From Bigelowiella natans CCMP2755 (lineage: Eukaryota; Protista; Cercozoa): a DNA stretch of 64,000 bases. How positions within the stretch are numbered: position 1 is the first letter of the stretch; each line of letters starts with the position of its first letter. This document shows, piece by piece, positions 63,564 through 64,000 of the stretch. A program made the position numbers and the translations under genes. A model generated the notes under the pieces. The model saw nothing but the letters and a program-made list of their open reading frames with translations, did not search any database and was not told the origin of the DNA. The DNA is taken from positions 17,174-81,173 of the forward strand of contig ADNK01001423.1 in NCBI GenBank assembly GCA_000320545.1, read 5' to 3'.

Positions 63564-64000
63564 GGATGGGTCAATAATGGTGATGATAATCATAATGATG
63601 GCGATCATGCTACATGTACTGGTTACTACCTACCGCATATTGCCTTCGATGAAGTTGCTACTACCAATGGCTACTTGTCTTTTTCTTCCTCTTTTTGTTA
63701 TCACAGTCGTTGTAGGTGTGTGAGCTGCTTGGAGGTCGTCTTTGCGGTTGGGCAACGCATTAGGGTAGAGAGGAATAATATGATGATGATGATGTGGGAT
63801 GTTTGTAGTAGTAGTGATGTTATTGCGGAGAATAGTACACGACGATGATGAGAATTTAGAGAGAGGTGGAAAAATTTTGGTGCAGATCATTGTAAATTTA
63901 TATCCCCCATTGCTGTGCGTGTTAGTAGAGGTTGATTTTGCCCCCTCTTTCGCAATATTTATTGCCAACTCTAAATGAATCGTGTGTCTTCAGAAAATGG
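52511..64000 (-). CDS. TRAPPC10: TRAPP II complex subunit TRAPPC10/Trs130-like; many exons, 5' partial (runs off the window)
   Basis: C-terminal EVKLRFIPLKEGHQSLPKFRL; NIRAPHQVIVGDEFNVYIKV; LSVNSMQWIPITVR (recalls plant TRS130 LLINExQWxGIIVR); YVPCYIDVVRLLS; LLSIQRGHNT. Coding-looking exons are scattered up to 63968. TRAPPC11 cannot be fully excluded. Confidence 0.62.

Noticed and set aside
1-64000. Alternative genetic code or non-canonical introns
   Set aside because: Long conserved ORFs read through in the standard code with TAA/TAG/TGA as stops, and all junctions I could reconstruct were GT-AG.
1-64000. tRNA, rRNA, telomeric arrays or a coding transposon
   Set aside because: No cloverleaf, rRNA-like segment, tandem TTAGGG-type array, or transposase/RT motif was recognised by eye. 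A covariance-model or RepeatMasker scan would be needed to exclude them formally.

Overview
Eukaryotic nuclear DNA in the standard genetic code with GT-AG spliceosomal introns, from an intron-rich unicellular eukaryote (the style suggests a rhizarian/chlorarachniophyte, but I cannot confirm this from sequence alone). I reconstruct 14 protein-coding genes by eye: SMC1 (5' partial), a RasGAP+PIPK fusion, an intronless Ser/Thr kinase, a 4-TM (MENTAL-like)+alpha/beta-hydrolase protein, a C2-domain protein, importin-11-like, RAD50, a presequence-bearing cold-shock protein, CWC15, a PX-BAR sorting nexin, cyclin Q-like, TFIIH p44/SSL1, an orphan myristoylation-motif EF-hand-like protein, and TRAPPC10-like (5' partial). 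The most striking features are architectural. The 14 genes alternate strand strictly (+ - + - ...). All seven tail-to-tail spacers share a distinctive sequence type rich in short palindromes (CTAG/CATG/GCTAGC), and the 12-bp palindrome CATGCTAGCATG occurs 10 times, all in these spacers. Microsatellite density rises sharply after about 35 kb. Several predicted enzymes carry substitutions in catalytic motifs. No rRNA, tRNA, CRISPR array or coding transposon was recognised. All exon boundaries and homology calls are manual, with no database searches.
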